The notes below the pieces were generated by a model. It was given only the letters and a program-made list of their open reading frames with translations, was not told the DNA's origin and did no database searches. Below are positions 1-10,112 of a stretch of 64,000 nt of DNA, piece after piece. Position numbers and translations under genes: made by a program. The stretch's first letter is position 1; every line of letters begins with the position of its first letter. The stretch spans positions 1-64,000 of the forward strand of contig JBHLPR010000002.1 of NCBI GenBank assembly GCA_048939245.1, written 5' to 3'. The stretch is from Promethearchaeota archaeon. Its GTDB lineage: Archaea; Asgardarchaeota; Hermodarchaeia; Hermodarchaeales; Hermodarchaeaceae.

Positions 1-1763
1 GCTTGCACCAGCTCATCAATGATGGCTTTTAATTCATCCTGTGAAATAACCCCTAGTTTAAGTTCATGAAGGGCCTCATCAACAAATTTACTAGTGTGCT
101 GTGCAAGCCACGTTAAAAGATCTTCAAGACCTTCTTTGGCATATTTCTTTTCTGCGAGTCGATCAAAGAGAAGAAGAATCTGTTGTTCAGGAATATCATC
201 AACATTAATCCCCTCTCGTTCGAGGTTACGCCACGTTGTCTCAAGGGTAGAGGCAGCAGTAACTGCTAGTTCTGGGTGTTTCTCAATAATCTGTTCGAAT
301 AGATCGATTCGAAGGGACCGTATCATGATTCCAGCTAATTCTTCACTCAAATGATATTCTTCTCGGAATTTTTCCAATTTCTTTTCTGGTAGCTCTGGTA
401 GTTCCTGCCTTATTCGTTCAAGGCGTTTTTGAGTTACTGTGACAGGGGCTACATCGGTTTCAGGATACATTCGCGCTGCTCCTGGTCTTGGACGTGAATA
501 TCTGGTTGTCCCGTCAGCTAGTGGTCCACGTGTTTCGGCTGGAACTCCCTTCAAAGCTTGTTTTGCCCGTTTAGCGACGGCTTCAAGGGCATCCTTTGAT
601 TCCCCTTTGGAAGCCGCCACCAGGATTATAGCATCCCTTTCGTGTACCTTCAGGTATTTTCGCAGTTTTGCGACTTCATTTGCTGTGATACCATAATTTG
701 GGAGTTCATCCGTGTGGAAAAGACCTCTTACGCCTCCCCAGAACTTTGCATAATCTGCAAATTCACTACCTAGTCGGCGTCCTAGTTGAATCTCTTTTCC
801 AACCAATCCTCCAAATCCTGGCAATATCAGCGCATAAACGCCTTCCTTTCGTTTTATCGCGCCTTTAATCACCTTACTGTCACTTTTCTGAAAGAGTACT
901 GTTACATCATGAACTTGGTCTTTGATTTGTCCGACCCGAACCCCTCGTTTTTTCAATTCATTTCGGAGTTTGAGAAGCTCAACTTGTCGCTGGACCTCAT
1001 ATTGGACGACTTGTCCGATAAGGTTGAGTTTTTGTACGCCTTTAATTTCGATGATTGCACCTCCTTTTATCGACACGTTGATGTCCTGGCGAATAGTCCC
1101 TAATCCCCGCTTCACCTTGCCTGTGACTCGGAAAATTTGCCCCATACGTAGAGCAGTAGCCTGGACCTGTTCTGGAGTTTTCATCACTGGGGCAGTAGCT
1201 ACTTCAATAAGGGGAATCCCAAGACGATCAAGTCGCCAATAGGTTTGGGTTCCGTTCTCTCGGATTTTTCGGGCTGCATCTTCTTCCACACCAATAGTTT
1301 GGATTGGCACTGTCAATCCATCGACCTCAATAGATCCACCAAAAGCCACAACGACACTTCGCTGGAATCCGGTTGTGTTGGATCCATCAATGACCAGTTT
1401 CCGCATTACTTGAATTTCATCGACGGGCTGGGCTTTCATTAATAGGGCGATTTCGAGGGCAAAATCTACGGCTTCTTCGTCAAGAAGATGTGGTGGTTCT
1501 TCGTCTTGTTCGACTAAACAAATTGTATCATCGTAGTTTTCATAAATGTGGATCCGACCCTTTTGAAATTCGAAGAGAGCTGCAGGATCTACTTCACCTA
1601 GCTCGCTTTGTGTGGGTCGTAATCGACGGAAGAATGTGAAATCCGGTTCATCTTCGCGGATTTCAGTTGGGCAGTTGCAAAATAATTTGGTCCTAGTGTC
1701 TAGCTGTTGATGGACTTCAATACCGATGAGTGCTCCAACTTTTTCGTAATCAATTTTGTTCAT
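1..1763 (-). CDS. gatE: Glu-tRNA(Gln) amidotransferase subunit E (3' end runs off the window)
   Basis: Not in the ORF track. Manual translation from the ATG at 1763 gives MNKIDYEKVGALIGIEVHQQLDTRTKLFCNCPT...RRLRPTQSELGEVDPAALFEF..., with later KLVIDGSNTTGFQR and LDRLGIPLIEVAT motifs. The ATG overlaps the gatD stop (ATGA). Confidence 0.97.
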   Translation of the reverse strand, partial: MNKIDYEKVGALIGIEVHQQLDTRTKLFCNCPTEIREDEPDFTFFRRLRPTQSELGEVDPAALFEFQKGRIHIYENYDDTICLVEQDEEPPHLLDEEAVDFALEIALLMKAQPVDEIQVMRKLVIDGSNTTGFQRSVVVAFGGSIEVDGLTVPIQTIGVEEDAARKIRENGTQTYWRLDRLGIPLIEVATAPVMKTPEQVQATALRMGQIFRVTGKVKRGLGTIRQDINVSIKGGAIIEIKGVQKLNLIGQVVQYEVQRQVELLKLRNELKKRGVRVGQIKDQVHDVTVLFQKSDSKVIKGAIKRKEGVYALILPGFGGLVGKEIQLGRRLGSEFADYAKFWGGVRGLFHTDELPNYGITANEVAKLRKYLKVHERDAIILVAASKGESKDALEAVAKRAKQALKGVPAETRGPLADGTTRYSRPRPGAARMYPETDVAPVTVTQKRLERIRQELPELPEKKLEKFREEYHLSEELAGIMIRSLRIDLFEQIIEKHPELAVTAASTLETTWRNLEREGINVDDIPEQQILLLFDRLAEKKYAKEGLEDLLTWLAQHTSKFVDEALHELKLGVISQDELKAIIDELVQ

Positions 1764-3115
1764 CGATTGTTCATCTCTTTGTATTGGCTGCGAGTGGAGC
1801 GCGCTGTTATCTCCCCAACTAGATTTTCGAGCATGCGCGCGCGAACTTCGGACAAGTCTCGTGTTTGTGCAAGAACCCACATCAGCTTGACATAAGCGGT
1901 TTCTGCAATCATGTCTTCAGCCGGAATTACTCCACGCTGAACTAATTCCACCCCAGTCCGATAAACACGCATCTGCACTCGTCCCCAAATACATTGGGAT
2001 GTCATAATAATAGGGATTTGTTCTTCCTGGGCTCTTTCAATAGCAGTGAATAAACTTCCAGGAGCATGACCAAGTCCTGTTCCCTCAAGCACAATACCAT
2101 GGTAATTCTGATCAATTAGCCAATCAATTCGGTCGCCCGTCATTCCTGGTGCAGTTTTTACTAATGCAACTTTTGGGTCGAATTGAGGTTGTAACACTAT
2201 CTGGCGCTGGGGGTTTCGGTGGTGATAGGCAGATTCATCAACAAGCATCTGCACTTTTCCATCCTTGACCTCTCCGAGGAGATCCGAATTAATAGTCAAA
2301 AAGGCGTCACGGCGGCTAGTGTGGCATTTTCTCACCTGAGTACCCATATGAAGAGCGATGCTGACATCATCGGGTGATCGGTGCATTGCAACGACAACTT
2401 CAGCAAATGGAGCTTGGCTCGCAGCCATTACTGCGCCTGTTAGGTTTAATGCCGCATCTGAAGAGGGGCGATCTGATGACCGTTGCGAGCCAGTGAGAAT
2501 TACAGGGCGCGGAAGATTTTGTAAGGCAAAACTGAGGGCTGCGGCAGTATATCCCATGGTATCAGTGCCATGTGCAATGACAACTCCTTCTGATTCCGTG
2601 AGATGTTTTACCGTCTGTTTCGCTATCGTGGTCCAGTGGCTTGGTCTCAGGTTTTCACTAAAGACACTAAAGAGGACTTCAGCACGAATATTGGCAATAT
2701 CACCAAGTTCGGGAACAACGGTATATAGGTCATCTGCAGTTAAAGCGGGATTGACCGCACCTGTGTGATAGTCAACTCGGCTTGCGATGGTTCCTCCGGT
2801 GCTGAGGATACTCACCCAGGGAACTCCTTTCTTCATCTTTCGAACTACTGCTGGAAGCTCAGGTTTAACCGTCTTCCCCGCCTTAACTCGCTTGAGTCGT
2901 TGTATATTACCCACGCGAATTCCCAGGTTGTATCCGGAGTCAAGTTTAAGGACGATATGTTGATCATCCGCCCCAATCTCAGCGCGAGGAATCAAAATAC
3001 CTTCAAAAGTATTATCCGTAGTTTGGATGAAAATCCGATCACCGATCTGAACCTTCGCTTTGTCCAAGACTTTCTGTGCCGCACCCAAATAACCTGCAGG
3101 TTCGTCTGTTGGCAT
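1760..3115 (-). CDS. gatD: Glu-tRNA(Gln) amidotransferase subunit D
   Basis: Asparaginase-like motifs TGGTIASRVDY, HGTDTM, GSQRSSDRPSSD and KCHTSRRDAF; N-terminal KLDSGYNLG domain; coupled to gatE. Confidence 0.97.
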   Translation of the reverse strand: MPTDEPAGYLGAAQKVLDKAKVQIGDRIFIQTTDNTFEGILIPRAEIGADDQHIVLKLDSGYNLGIRVGNIQRLKRVKAGKTVKPELPAVVRKMKKGVPWVSILSTGGTIASRVDYHTGAVNPALTADDLYTVVPELGDIANIRAEVLFSVFSENLRPSHWTTIAKQTVKHLTESEGVVIAHGTDTMGYTAAALSFALQNLPRPVILTGSQRSSDRPSSDAALNLTGAVMAASQAPFAEVVVAMHRSPDDVSIALHMGTQVRKCHTSRRDAFLTINSDLLGEVKDGKVQMLVDESAYHHRNPQRQIVLQPQFDPKVALVKTAPGMTGDRIDWLIDQNYHGIVLEGTGLGHAPGSLFTAIERAQEEQIPIIMTSQCIWGRVQMRVYRTGVELVQRGVIPAEDMIAETAYVKLMWVLAQTRDLSEVRARMLENLVGEITARSTRSQYKEMNNR

Positions 3116-3235
3116 ATTAAATGACCGCCTGTAAGGATGTTAGGGCTTTGGGCTTTTAGGACTTTGCCCAACACCGTTGCAGGTACTATTGAAGGCCAAT
3201 TATACCAATGTAGCAGTTAATGCTCGTAGATTTAA

Positions 3236-4612
3236 CTAAAAGATGCGACGTCGAAAACGGTAGATGATAAGAATCACGATGATGATAATAACAACGACAA
3301 CTGCGATTCCAATAAGAGTTACCTCGCTGGGAATCAATCCATTGTTTATCGTTATCGATTCTGACATGCTTTGAAACGTGGTTTGTTCAAAGAACACATC
3401 GATGCCTAACGCTTGAACTCCAGGATACTCATAAATTCCCGCAACAAGTGCCATAGCTGAATATTCTAAGGTGACATTTTCACCTGGTTGGAGGTTTATA
3501 ACTGTCGTTGAAGCTTTTCCACTGGTAAGCTGGAATATCCCTGTTTCAATTGCGAGGACATCACTAATTGTTGCTGTCGAAAAATAGGTGTTCCCGGTAT
3601 TTACGACAGTAATTTTCACATTTAGTGAATCACCGCGGTTTAGCACATTCGTACTGAATTCTCGAGTAATGGCGAGAACAGACGATCCTGGTTGGAATGA
3701 AATGGTATAATCGAACTCTTGATTCGAATCAGAGAATTGGTATTCCTCTACACCAAGCGGGTAATAGGGGAAGCTGATGTTTTCGAACACCCATTCAGGA
3801 GTGCCATCAAGGTAGACGCGGTTGTAAGGACCATGGACAGTTACAAGTCCTTCTCCTGTGAGGTTTAACGGATTGGGGGTGCCTAAGGCGTCTCCAAGCC
3901 GAAACACGGATGTACCAGCCTGATCTTCGATGACATTCGCGATGGTGTAAGTGAAGGTGACATTAGCGATGGGTTGGTTTTCAAACCATTCCAGATGGAT
4001 GTGATACTCCAAAACGTCTGCAATTATCTCTGTAGCGTTGAATCCATCCATTAGGTAGGCTGTTGAATTGTTAACTAGATAGAAGGTGTTGTTGAGGAAT
4101 TCCTCATGGGAAGCAATACTATCAACAAAGATCCAGATAGTCTGATTTTCATAGGCTGTAAAATTGAAGAGGTTCAAACTGGGATAGCTAGTATAGCGAA
4201 CATAGTCTATCATGGTAAAGTTCAGGAAATCGCGGACTTCGGCAGCGGTGGTATGGTTGTCCCAGGCTTCTGCGTAAATTGTGGCATTACCGGGATTTCC
4301 CTCCCAGACGCCACCATCGATATAGCCCGCCTTGGTCCAGTTGTAGAGGGGATTAAAAGGGGATTGGGCACCAGTTCGTGGCTGTCCAGACCATGTAATT
4401 GTAACCGCATCATTGTCAATGGCGTATTCTACATCAAGAGTGACGTCAAGCCAGTCCGGCTGAGTTTGTGGTAGCGGTGGTACATTCGGAGTCAATTCGT
4501 TTGTACTACCTATTCTGGGTTGTTGAAGCTGGAGAACAGGAATAAGAATAGGGTTAATGCAGAGTATGCCTACTAGGAGAAGTAGGGAAATCAGTGCGGT
4601 CTTTTTCTTCAC
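3236..4612 (-). CDS. Membrane-anchored cell-surface glycoprotein with C-terminal Ig-like (DUF11/BatD-like) domain
   Basis: N-terminal KKK + hydrophobic signal; many N-x-S/T sequons; VKITVVNTG...LQPGENVTLEY beta-sandwich motif; C-terminal TM helix followed by RFRRR. Confidence 0.7.
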   Translation of the reverse strand: MKKKTALISLLLLVGILCINPILIPVLQLQQPRIGSTNELTPNVPPLPQTQPDWLDVTLDVEYAIDNDAVTITWSGQPRTGAQSPFNPLYNWTKAGYIDGGVWEGNPGNATIYAEAWDNHTTAAEVRDFLNFTMIDYVRYTSYPSLNLFNFTAYENQTIWIFVDSIASHEEFLNNTFYLVNNSTAYLMDGFNATEIIADVLEYHIHLEWFENQPIANVTFTYTIANVIEDQAGTSVFRLGDALGTPNPLNLTGEGLVTVHGPYNRVYLDGTPEWVFENISFPYYPLGVEEYQFSDSNQEFDYTISFQPGSSVLAITREFSTNVLNRGDSLNVKITVVNTGNTYFSTATISDVLAIETGIFQLTSGKASTTVINLQPGENVTLEYSAMALVAGIYEYPGVQALGIDVFFEQTTFQSMSESITINNGLIPSEVTLIGIAVVVVIIIIVILIIYRFRRRIF

Positions 4613-4736
4613 GGTTATACACCATTGAGGCTTTGAAGCAAGTTATAGGAGTGAACCCGAATGTTCAAAGGTTTTTAAAAGATTTTCTGGTAGGAGCACT
4701 TCTTATTAACATCCCATTAACTACACTCTAACTACC

Positions 4737-5621
4737 ATGATTTCTGTATTTCCACTTCATGGGGTGGGTTCCCTTTCGACTTCAACCATGATTCATTGGG
4801 AGGGTCATCGATTCATCCTGGATTGTGGGCCAGGGACAATGACTGAAATCTGGCGTCGAAAACTCCGTCTCCGCGGGTTATCAGCGATTCTTCTCTCACA
4901 TGCCCATCTTGATCATCTCTGGGGTCTACCACCATTACTGTGGTTTTTAGATCAACGTGATTGGAACCATGAGCTCAACCTCATTTATCCCCCTAAAATT
5001 GAATCATCGATCAAAGAAATGCTTCGTATTAGTGGAGAACCAGAATTCGTGAAATTACAGCCTCTCAAACCCGGTTCTCAATCCGTGAATATTGGGCGTC
5101 TAATCATTCAGGCATTCGAGGTAAATCATCCTGATCCAAGTTGTGGGTTTACCATTATGGAGCCTCTCAAGCCACGGTTAGATACAAAGAAACTTAAAGC
5201 CGAGGGAATTCCTCAGAAGCTGTGGGGCACGCTAGCTAAGAATCTATCAATTCGTTTCAAGTCACAAATCTTTCAATTCCGCGACTATCAACTCCCCCTG
5301 CGCCATCGAAAGCTTGCTTATACAGGCGATACGGGCCCCTCACCCAATCTAAAAGATGCGGTTCGCGATGCTGACTTAGTTATTATTGATGCTTCATGGC
5401 TCTATCCTCAATGGGAGCCACCGAATGAAGCACCACATTTAACCTTACAACAAGCATTCGAAATTTGTCATAAAGCGAATGTAAAACGAGTTCTTCTTAC
5501 TCATTTGACAACCAGGGTTTCGCAGAAAGATTACACCATAGCAATCGAAAAGCTTCAACAGGAATTAGACAGTTCGATACCTGTGTTTTTACCAGTTGAG
5601 AAAAGAATCGAATTTGATTAG
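4737..5621 (+). CDS. rnz: Ribonuclease Z-like metallo-beta-lactamase hydrolase
   Basis: LDCGPG, SHAHLDH, YTGDT and LTH motifs plus an exosite-like insertion (KPRLDTKKLKAEGIP). Confidence 0.75.
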   Translation: MISVFPLHGVGSLSTSTMIHWEGHRFILDCGPGTMTEIWRRKLRLRGLSAILLSHAHLDHLWGLPPLLWFLDQRDWNHELNLIYPPKIESSIKEMLRISGEPEFVKLQPLKPGSQSVNIGRLIIQAFEVNHPDPSCGFTIMEPLKPRLDTKKLKAEGIPQKLWGTLAKNLSIRFKSQIFQFRDYQLPLRHRKLAYTGDTGPSPNLKDAVRDADLVIIDASWLYPQWEPPNEAPHLTLQQAFEICHKANVKRVLLTHLTTRVSQKDYTIAIEKLQQELDSSIPVFLPVEKRIEFD

Positions 5622-5627
5622 ATGGTC

Positions 5628-5843
5628 CTAACCGCCTGCAATTATTGGTAATACAATAACGCGTTGCCCTTCATCGATTTGCTCATCCAATAAGGCACGT
5701 TTTCCATCCACCAAAACCACATAATGTCGGTGAAGCAATCCCAATTCCTTTAATAGTATCCGGACTGTCTTAGATTCAGTCAATCGAATCTCTGAAACTC
5801 CGCTAGGTAACGCAGCCTGTGTGATTCCAAAATCTACTTCCAT
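5628..5843 (-). CDS. MoaD/ThiS/SAMP ubiquitin-like protein (71 aa)
   Basis: Beta-grasp pattern VVLVDGK...IVLPIIAGG with C-terminal Gly-Gly. True start is probably the ATG at 5843; the ORF-track extension runs into the tRNA. Confidence 0.85.
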   Translation of the reverse strand: MEVDFGITQAALPSGVSEIRLTESKTVRILLKELGLLHRHYVVLVDGKRALLDEQIDEGQRVIVLPIIAGG

Positions 5844-5953
5844 CGATATCCACCCACAATACCACTCACACAACACGATGTATAGATAAAAATATATCCG
5901 GCTCTTACTGCTATCTTCTTCGAATATGCCGAATTCCTTATTCCACTTAATCT

Positions 5954-6030
5954 GGGCCCGTGGCCAAGCCGGATAAGGCATCGGCCCTCTAAGCCGAAGA
6001 ACCGGGGTTCGAATCCCCGCGGGCCCGCCA
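5954..6030 (+). tRNA. tRNA-Arg(UCU), intronless, CCA encoded
   Basis: Acceptor stem GGGCCCG/CGGGCCC; D-loop GGA (A20 Arg determinant); anticodon stem TCGGC/GCCGA with loop CCTCTAA; T-arm CGGGG-TTCGAAT-CCCCG; 3' GCCA. Confidence 0.95.
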
Positions 6031-6037
6031 TTTCCGG

Positions 6038-6631
6038 ATGAACATTATGATATCTAATATGCAACCTCCGACCTTTCTCAACTCCACACCCGCTCTTCGC
6101 CTACGATTTTTCATTCCGTATCTACTGATCTTTTTGTTAGTACCTATTGGCACTTTTCTTCTCGGGTCATGGTTTGATGTGGTATTGCATCTCCCCCCGT
6201 TTCCTCCCTTTCCTTTCAATATCGTCTTTGGGATAACAGTGATGTTGGGTGGAGCTACAATTGGCATCAAAGCCACGCGACAATTACATGCCATTGGAAA
6301 AGGCCTTCCATGGGGTGAAGCGGATAAGCGCTCTCAATCATCAGTTCTTTTAACAACCGGAATCTTCGCATATACAAGAAACCCCATTACCTTTGGATAC
6401 ACGCTTCTCCCCGTGGGCATGGGATTACTTTTCAGATCCTTGGGGATGTCCGTGTTAATTCCTCTCATAGTGCTTGGAGTACAACTCGTTATCATCAAAG
6501 TGCGTGAAGAACCCAATCTAGAACAGCGATTTGGAGAAGAATATCTAACATATAAGCGGAAAACTCCCTTCTTGGTTCCTAATATCCGACTATTCTTTAC
6601 CCGTCGCAGAGAAAAGAGCGTGCGTCACTGA
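6038..6631 (+). CDS. Isoprenylcysteine carboxylmethyltransferase / PEMT-family membrane methyltransferase
   Basis: LLTTGIFAYTRNP and EEPNLEQRFGEEYLTYKRKTP signature; several TM helices. Confidence 0.88.
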   Translation: MNIMISNMQPPTFLNSTPALRLRFFIPYLLIFLLVPIGTFLLGSWFDVVLHLPPFPPFPFNIVFGITVMLGGATIGIKATRQLHAIGKGLPWGEADKRSQSSVLLTTGIFAYTRNPITFGYTLLPVGMGLLFRSLGMSVLIPLIVLGVQLVIIKVREEPNLEQRFGEEYLTYKRKTPFLVPNIRLFFTRRREKSVRH

Positions 6632-7188
6632 TCCTTAAATTCATTCTGATACATCTCAATGGCCATGTTAATGATTTTTTCCGCTGTTGGCGAGTCTTTC
6701 CATTCTTTGACTTTGACCCATTTACGCGGTTCTAGGTTCTTATAGTTTAGAAAGAAATCTGCAATTTCCGCACGAAGATGTGTAGCCATTAAGGAACAAT
6801 CCGTTAGCTCTTCGAAACGTGGATCAGTGAGCGGAACGGCAATGATCTTATCATCTTCTCCTTTTTCATCTTCCATCGTGAGGACCCCAATGGGTCGAGC
6901 TTCCATAATGCAACCAGTAAAGGTAGGCTTTGATGTGAGAACCATTATGTCTAAGGGATCATTATCCGTATACCAAGTTTGTGGAATGATTCCATAGTCC
7001 GCTGGATAATATAAGGCTCCATAAAGCACCCGGTCAAGCCGAAAAACACCCCATTGGGGGTCATATTCGTATTTATTCGTCTCTCCCTTGGGGACCTCGA
7101 CTATCACATTGACCCGTTTTGGAGGATCTGAACCTGCTGGTAAATCTCGCCATAAGTTCGTCATAGGAAAGACCTTTCTATCCTTCAA
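6625..7188 (-). CDS. ppa: Inorganic pyrophosphatase (family I)
   Basis: NKYEYD, LDRVL, YPADYG, DNDPLD, DEKGEDDK and FFLNYKNLE motifs. Confidence 0.96.
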   Translation of the reverse strand: MKDRKVFPMTNLWRDLPAGSDPPKRVNVIVEVPKGETNKYEYDPQWGVFRLDRVLYGALYYPADYGIIPQTWYTDNDPLDIMVLTSKPTFTGCIMEARPIGVLTMEDEKGEDDKIIAVPLTDPRFEELTDCSLMATHLRAEIADFFLNYKNLEPRKWVKVKEWKDSPTAEKIINMAIEMYQNEFKDQ

Positions 7189-10010
7189 CTAGCTTCGGAC
7201 TTTTTGGCTGTTTTCCTTTGTTTCTTTTTGGATTTCTTGGACTTAACTGCGTCGGACGTTTCCATCAAAATATCCTCTGGCGCTGGACTGAACTCCTTAG
7301 AGGTCCTCCATTGCCTTTCGGCATTCAAATCTAGGTTGGCCTCTACAAGCCCTTCCTCTGTACGTTTTAATGTGAAGCCCATTTTTTCCATCAATCGATG
7401 TGCTCGGTAATTATCAGGAAGCATTACTCCATAGATTTCTTCAAGACCCCGGTCGATGCAAATTTCTATCATGTAATCAATCATTTTTGAACCGAGTCCA
7501 AGTCCCTGCCAGGGGTCAGCAACAATGAATGCGATTTCTCCCCGTTTCCCATTTGGTTCTTCGATGAGTCGAACAACACCTAAAATGCGATCTCGGCTAT
7601 CTTCACGTAAAACAGGGACTATTGCGATTTCTCGATCATAATCGATGTTTGTGTATCGAATTCGAACTTCATGAGGAGTGTCTTTGATAATTTCAAAGAA
7701 GCGATAGCGAATTGATTCCTCTGAAAAGTTTTGGAACATCTCTAACCAAAGTGGTTCGTCTTCTGGTTTTATTGGTCTTAATAATACGCTTCGTCCGTCA
7801 CGCATACACCATATCTGTTCATACCGTTTTGGGTAAGGACTAATTACAAGTTCCTCAAGGGATTCTACTTTTTTACCAACACGCTTCAAATCAATAACGA
7901 CTCGAGCATCTAAAGAGGTAGCCTGCTTATCATCAATGAGCAACGGGTTTATGTCCATCTCTTTGATTTCAGGAAAATCAACGATCATTTGGGAAAATCG
8001 GACGATTAATTCCTCTAACATTTTTAGATTAGCAGGTGGAACTCTTCGATAACCCTTTTTTAGAATCCTATAGACGCGTGTATCTTCCATGATGCGCCGG
8101 GCAAGGGTTTGATTTAGTGGTGGAAATCCTAGCGAAACATCGTTGAAGAATTCAACTCCAATTCCACCCATTCCAAACATGATAACCGGTCCAAAAAGGG
8201 GATCACGTTTAGCCCCGAGAATTACTTCAGTACCTATTGGATTGATCATGCGTTGGACGCTTACGCCTTGAATTTTTGCTTTCGGATTATGTGCTTTCAC
8301 GGATTCTATAATTTCATTATACGCATCTCGAACTTCATTATCGTTTTTCAAATCCAGCTTTACTCCACCCGCGTCGGATTTATGGGAGATATCTGGTGAA
8401 TGAATTTTAAGTACTACCGGGAATCCTATTGAGGCTGCTGCTGAAGCAGCTTCATCCACAGTTTTAGCAATTCGGGTTTTGGCTACCGGAATATTGTAGA
8501 ATTCTAGCAATTGTTTGGCTTCAACTTCAGTCAGAATTTCCCGCTTTTCTTTAGATGCATTTCGAATAAGCACAGTGACCGGTCGTTTGGGTGGGGCACT
8601 TTCGATGGGTAATTCTTCTGGTGTCTCATAGAGTAGTTCGAGATTGCGCTCATACTGATACATGTGCATGAAAGTCGCAATTGCTTGTTCTGGAGTCCAA
8701 TATGTAGGATAACCATTTTCGATGAAAATCTTGTTAGCCTCATCGACTTTTTCTGCACCCATAAAAGAGGTCAAAATAGTTTTTTTGCATCCTCCCCTCG
8801 CATCACACATACCGACGATGCTTCGTGCAATTTCGGAAGCCGTCGCTGTGGCTTGAGGAGTGTAGATAATTAATATTCCATCGACCCCAGGGTCGGCTAA
8901 GCAGAGATCCATAACTGCACGATACCGCTCGGCATCTGCATCACCCAATAAATCCACTGGGTTACCATGACTCCAATACGGTGGAAGAATTGCATCGAGT
9001 CCTTCAATCGTAGAATCACTTAATTTTGCTAGTTTTCCTCCACGGGCAATCAATGCATCTGCAGACATTACCCCTGGTCCACCTGCATTGGTGATTATTG
9101 CCAGGCGGGGACCTTGAGGGAGGGGTTGTATTCCGAGAACTTCTGCAGCATTGAAAAGATCAGAGATTTCTTCAACGCGGACAATGCCTGCCCGTTTGAA
9201 AGCTGCATCATAAACTAAGTCTGAACCTGCTAATGATCCAGTATGGCTTGCCGCTGCTTTTGCACTTTCACTGAATTTACCAGCTTTCACTACAATTACT
9301 GGTTTTGTCTTAGCGAAGTGACGTGCTGCGCTCATGAATTTTCGAGCATCAGTAATACCTTCAATATACATGATAATGCTTCGAGTATGTTGATCGGTGC
9401 CAAAATAGTCAATAAGGTCACCGAAATCAACATCAATCATAGAGCCCACAGAAACGAATGCGCTGAAACCGATTTTTTGGCTCACAGCCAGATCAAGTAT
9501 CGCTGATCCTAAGGCTCCGCTCTGTGAAATGAAGGCAATATTACCTACATTGGGTTGGGTTTCGGTGAAGGTGGCGTTTAGATTGATGTTTGGACGAATA
9601 ATGCCTAAGCAATTAGGTCCAATAATTCGTAGGTTATACTTTTTTTGTAATGTCTTCAGTTTGGCTTCTCGTTCTCGTCCCTTTTTCCCGATTTCACGAA
9701 AGCCTGCGGAGATGATAATGACTCCAGGAATACCCGCTTCTCCACATTCTTCAACAATTCCTGCCACCGTTTTTGCTGGAGTTGCTATGATTGCTAAATC
9801 TACAGGCTCTTCTATTTCGCCTATTTTTGTATACGCTTTGAAGCCCATGATCTTTTCTCGTTTATTATTCACGGGATAGATTTTCCCCAGATACCCAGTT
9901 TGTGTTAGATTGTGCATGAGGATTTGGCCGACAGATTCTTCTTCTTCGCTAGCTCCGATTAATGCAATACTTTGGGGATTAAAAATTCGCGCCAAATTGG
10001 TCGTTACCAT
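7185..10010 (-). CDS. ADP-forming acyl-CoA ligase (alpha+beta) fused to C-terminal GNAT (Pat/YfiQ-like)
   Basis: GPNCLG, SQSGALG, ASHTGSLAG, NPVDLLGDA; ATP-grasp HKSDAGGV and DINPL; GNAT LRPIKPED...RYRFF...WQGLGLG. Confidence 0.93.
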   Translation of the reverse strand: MVTTNLARIFNPQSIALIGASEEEESVGQILMHNLTQTGYLGKIYPVNNKREKIMGFKAYTKIGEIEEPVDLAIIATPAKTVAGIVEECGEAGIPGVIIISAGFREIGKKGREREAKLKTLQKKYNLRIIGPNCLGIIRPNINLNATFTETQPNVGNIAFISQSGALGSAILDLAVSQKIGFSAFVSVGSMIDVDFGDLIDYFGTDQHTRSIIMYIEGITDARKFMSAARHFAKTKPVIVVKAGKFSESAKAAASHTGSLAGSDLVYDAAFKRAGIVRVEEISDLFNAAEVLGIQPLPQGPRLAIITNAGGPGVMSADALIARGGKLAKLSDSTIEGLDAILPPYWSHGNPVDLLGDADAERYRAVMDLCLADPGVDGILIIYTPQATATASEIARSIVGMCDARGGCKKTILTSFMGAEKVDEANKIFIENGYPTYWTPEQAIATFMHMYQYERNLELLYETPEELPIESAPPKRPVTVLIRNASKEKREILTEVEAKQLLEFYNIPVAKTRIAKTVDEAASAAASIGFPVVLKIHSPDISHKSDAGGVKLDLKNDNEVRDAYNEIIESVKAHNPKAKIQGVSVQRMINPIGTEVILGAKRDPLFGPVIMFGMGGIGVEFFNDVSLGFPPLNQTLARRIMEDTRVYRILKKGYRRVPPANLKMLEELIVRFSQMIVDFPEIKEMDINPLLIDDKQATSLDARVVIDLKRVGKKVESLEELVISPYPKRYEQIWCMRDGRSVLLRPIKPEDEPLWLEMFQNFSEESIRYRFFEIIKDTPHEVRIRYTNIDYDREIAIVPVLREDSRDRILGVVRLIEEPNGKRGEIAFIVADPWQGLGLGSKMIDYMIEICIDRGLEEIYGVMLPDNYRAHRLMEKMGFTLKRTEEGLVEANLDLNAERQWRTSKEFSPAPEDILMETSDAVKSKKSKKKQRKTAKKSEAS

Positions 10011-10112
10011 ATTCGGTTCCTCCTCCCATTCATCAAGTTACGGTGTATCCTTACTAATCCGGGCTTCATTTTTACTATTAATTTTAGCATACAGATTCAC
10101 GCTTTTTGAAAC

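Noticed and set aside
94-1442. Short plus-strand ORFs here, and the similar overlapping ORFs throughout the track
   Set aside because: Antisense or alternate-frame shadows of well-supported genes (here gatE).
5981-5997. Reading the tRNA loop as an amber (CUA) suppressor because of ...CTCTAA...
   Set aside because: The anticodon stem pairs only in the register that centres TCT; the body has Arg features (A20, G73).
6038-6631. ICMT-family gene as part of a CaaX pathway with the prenyltransferase-repeat protein
   Set aside because: The two genes are 47 kb apart and this family is widespread in prokaryotes; no linkage evidence.
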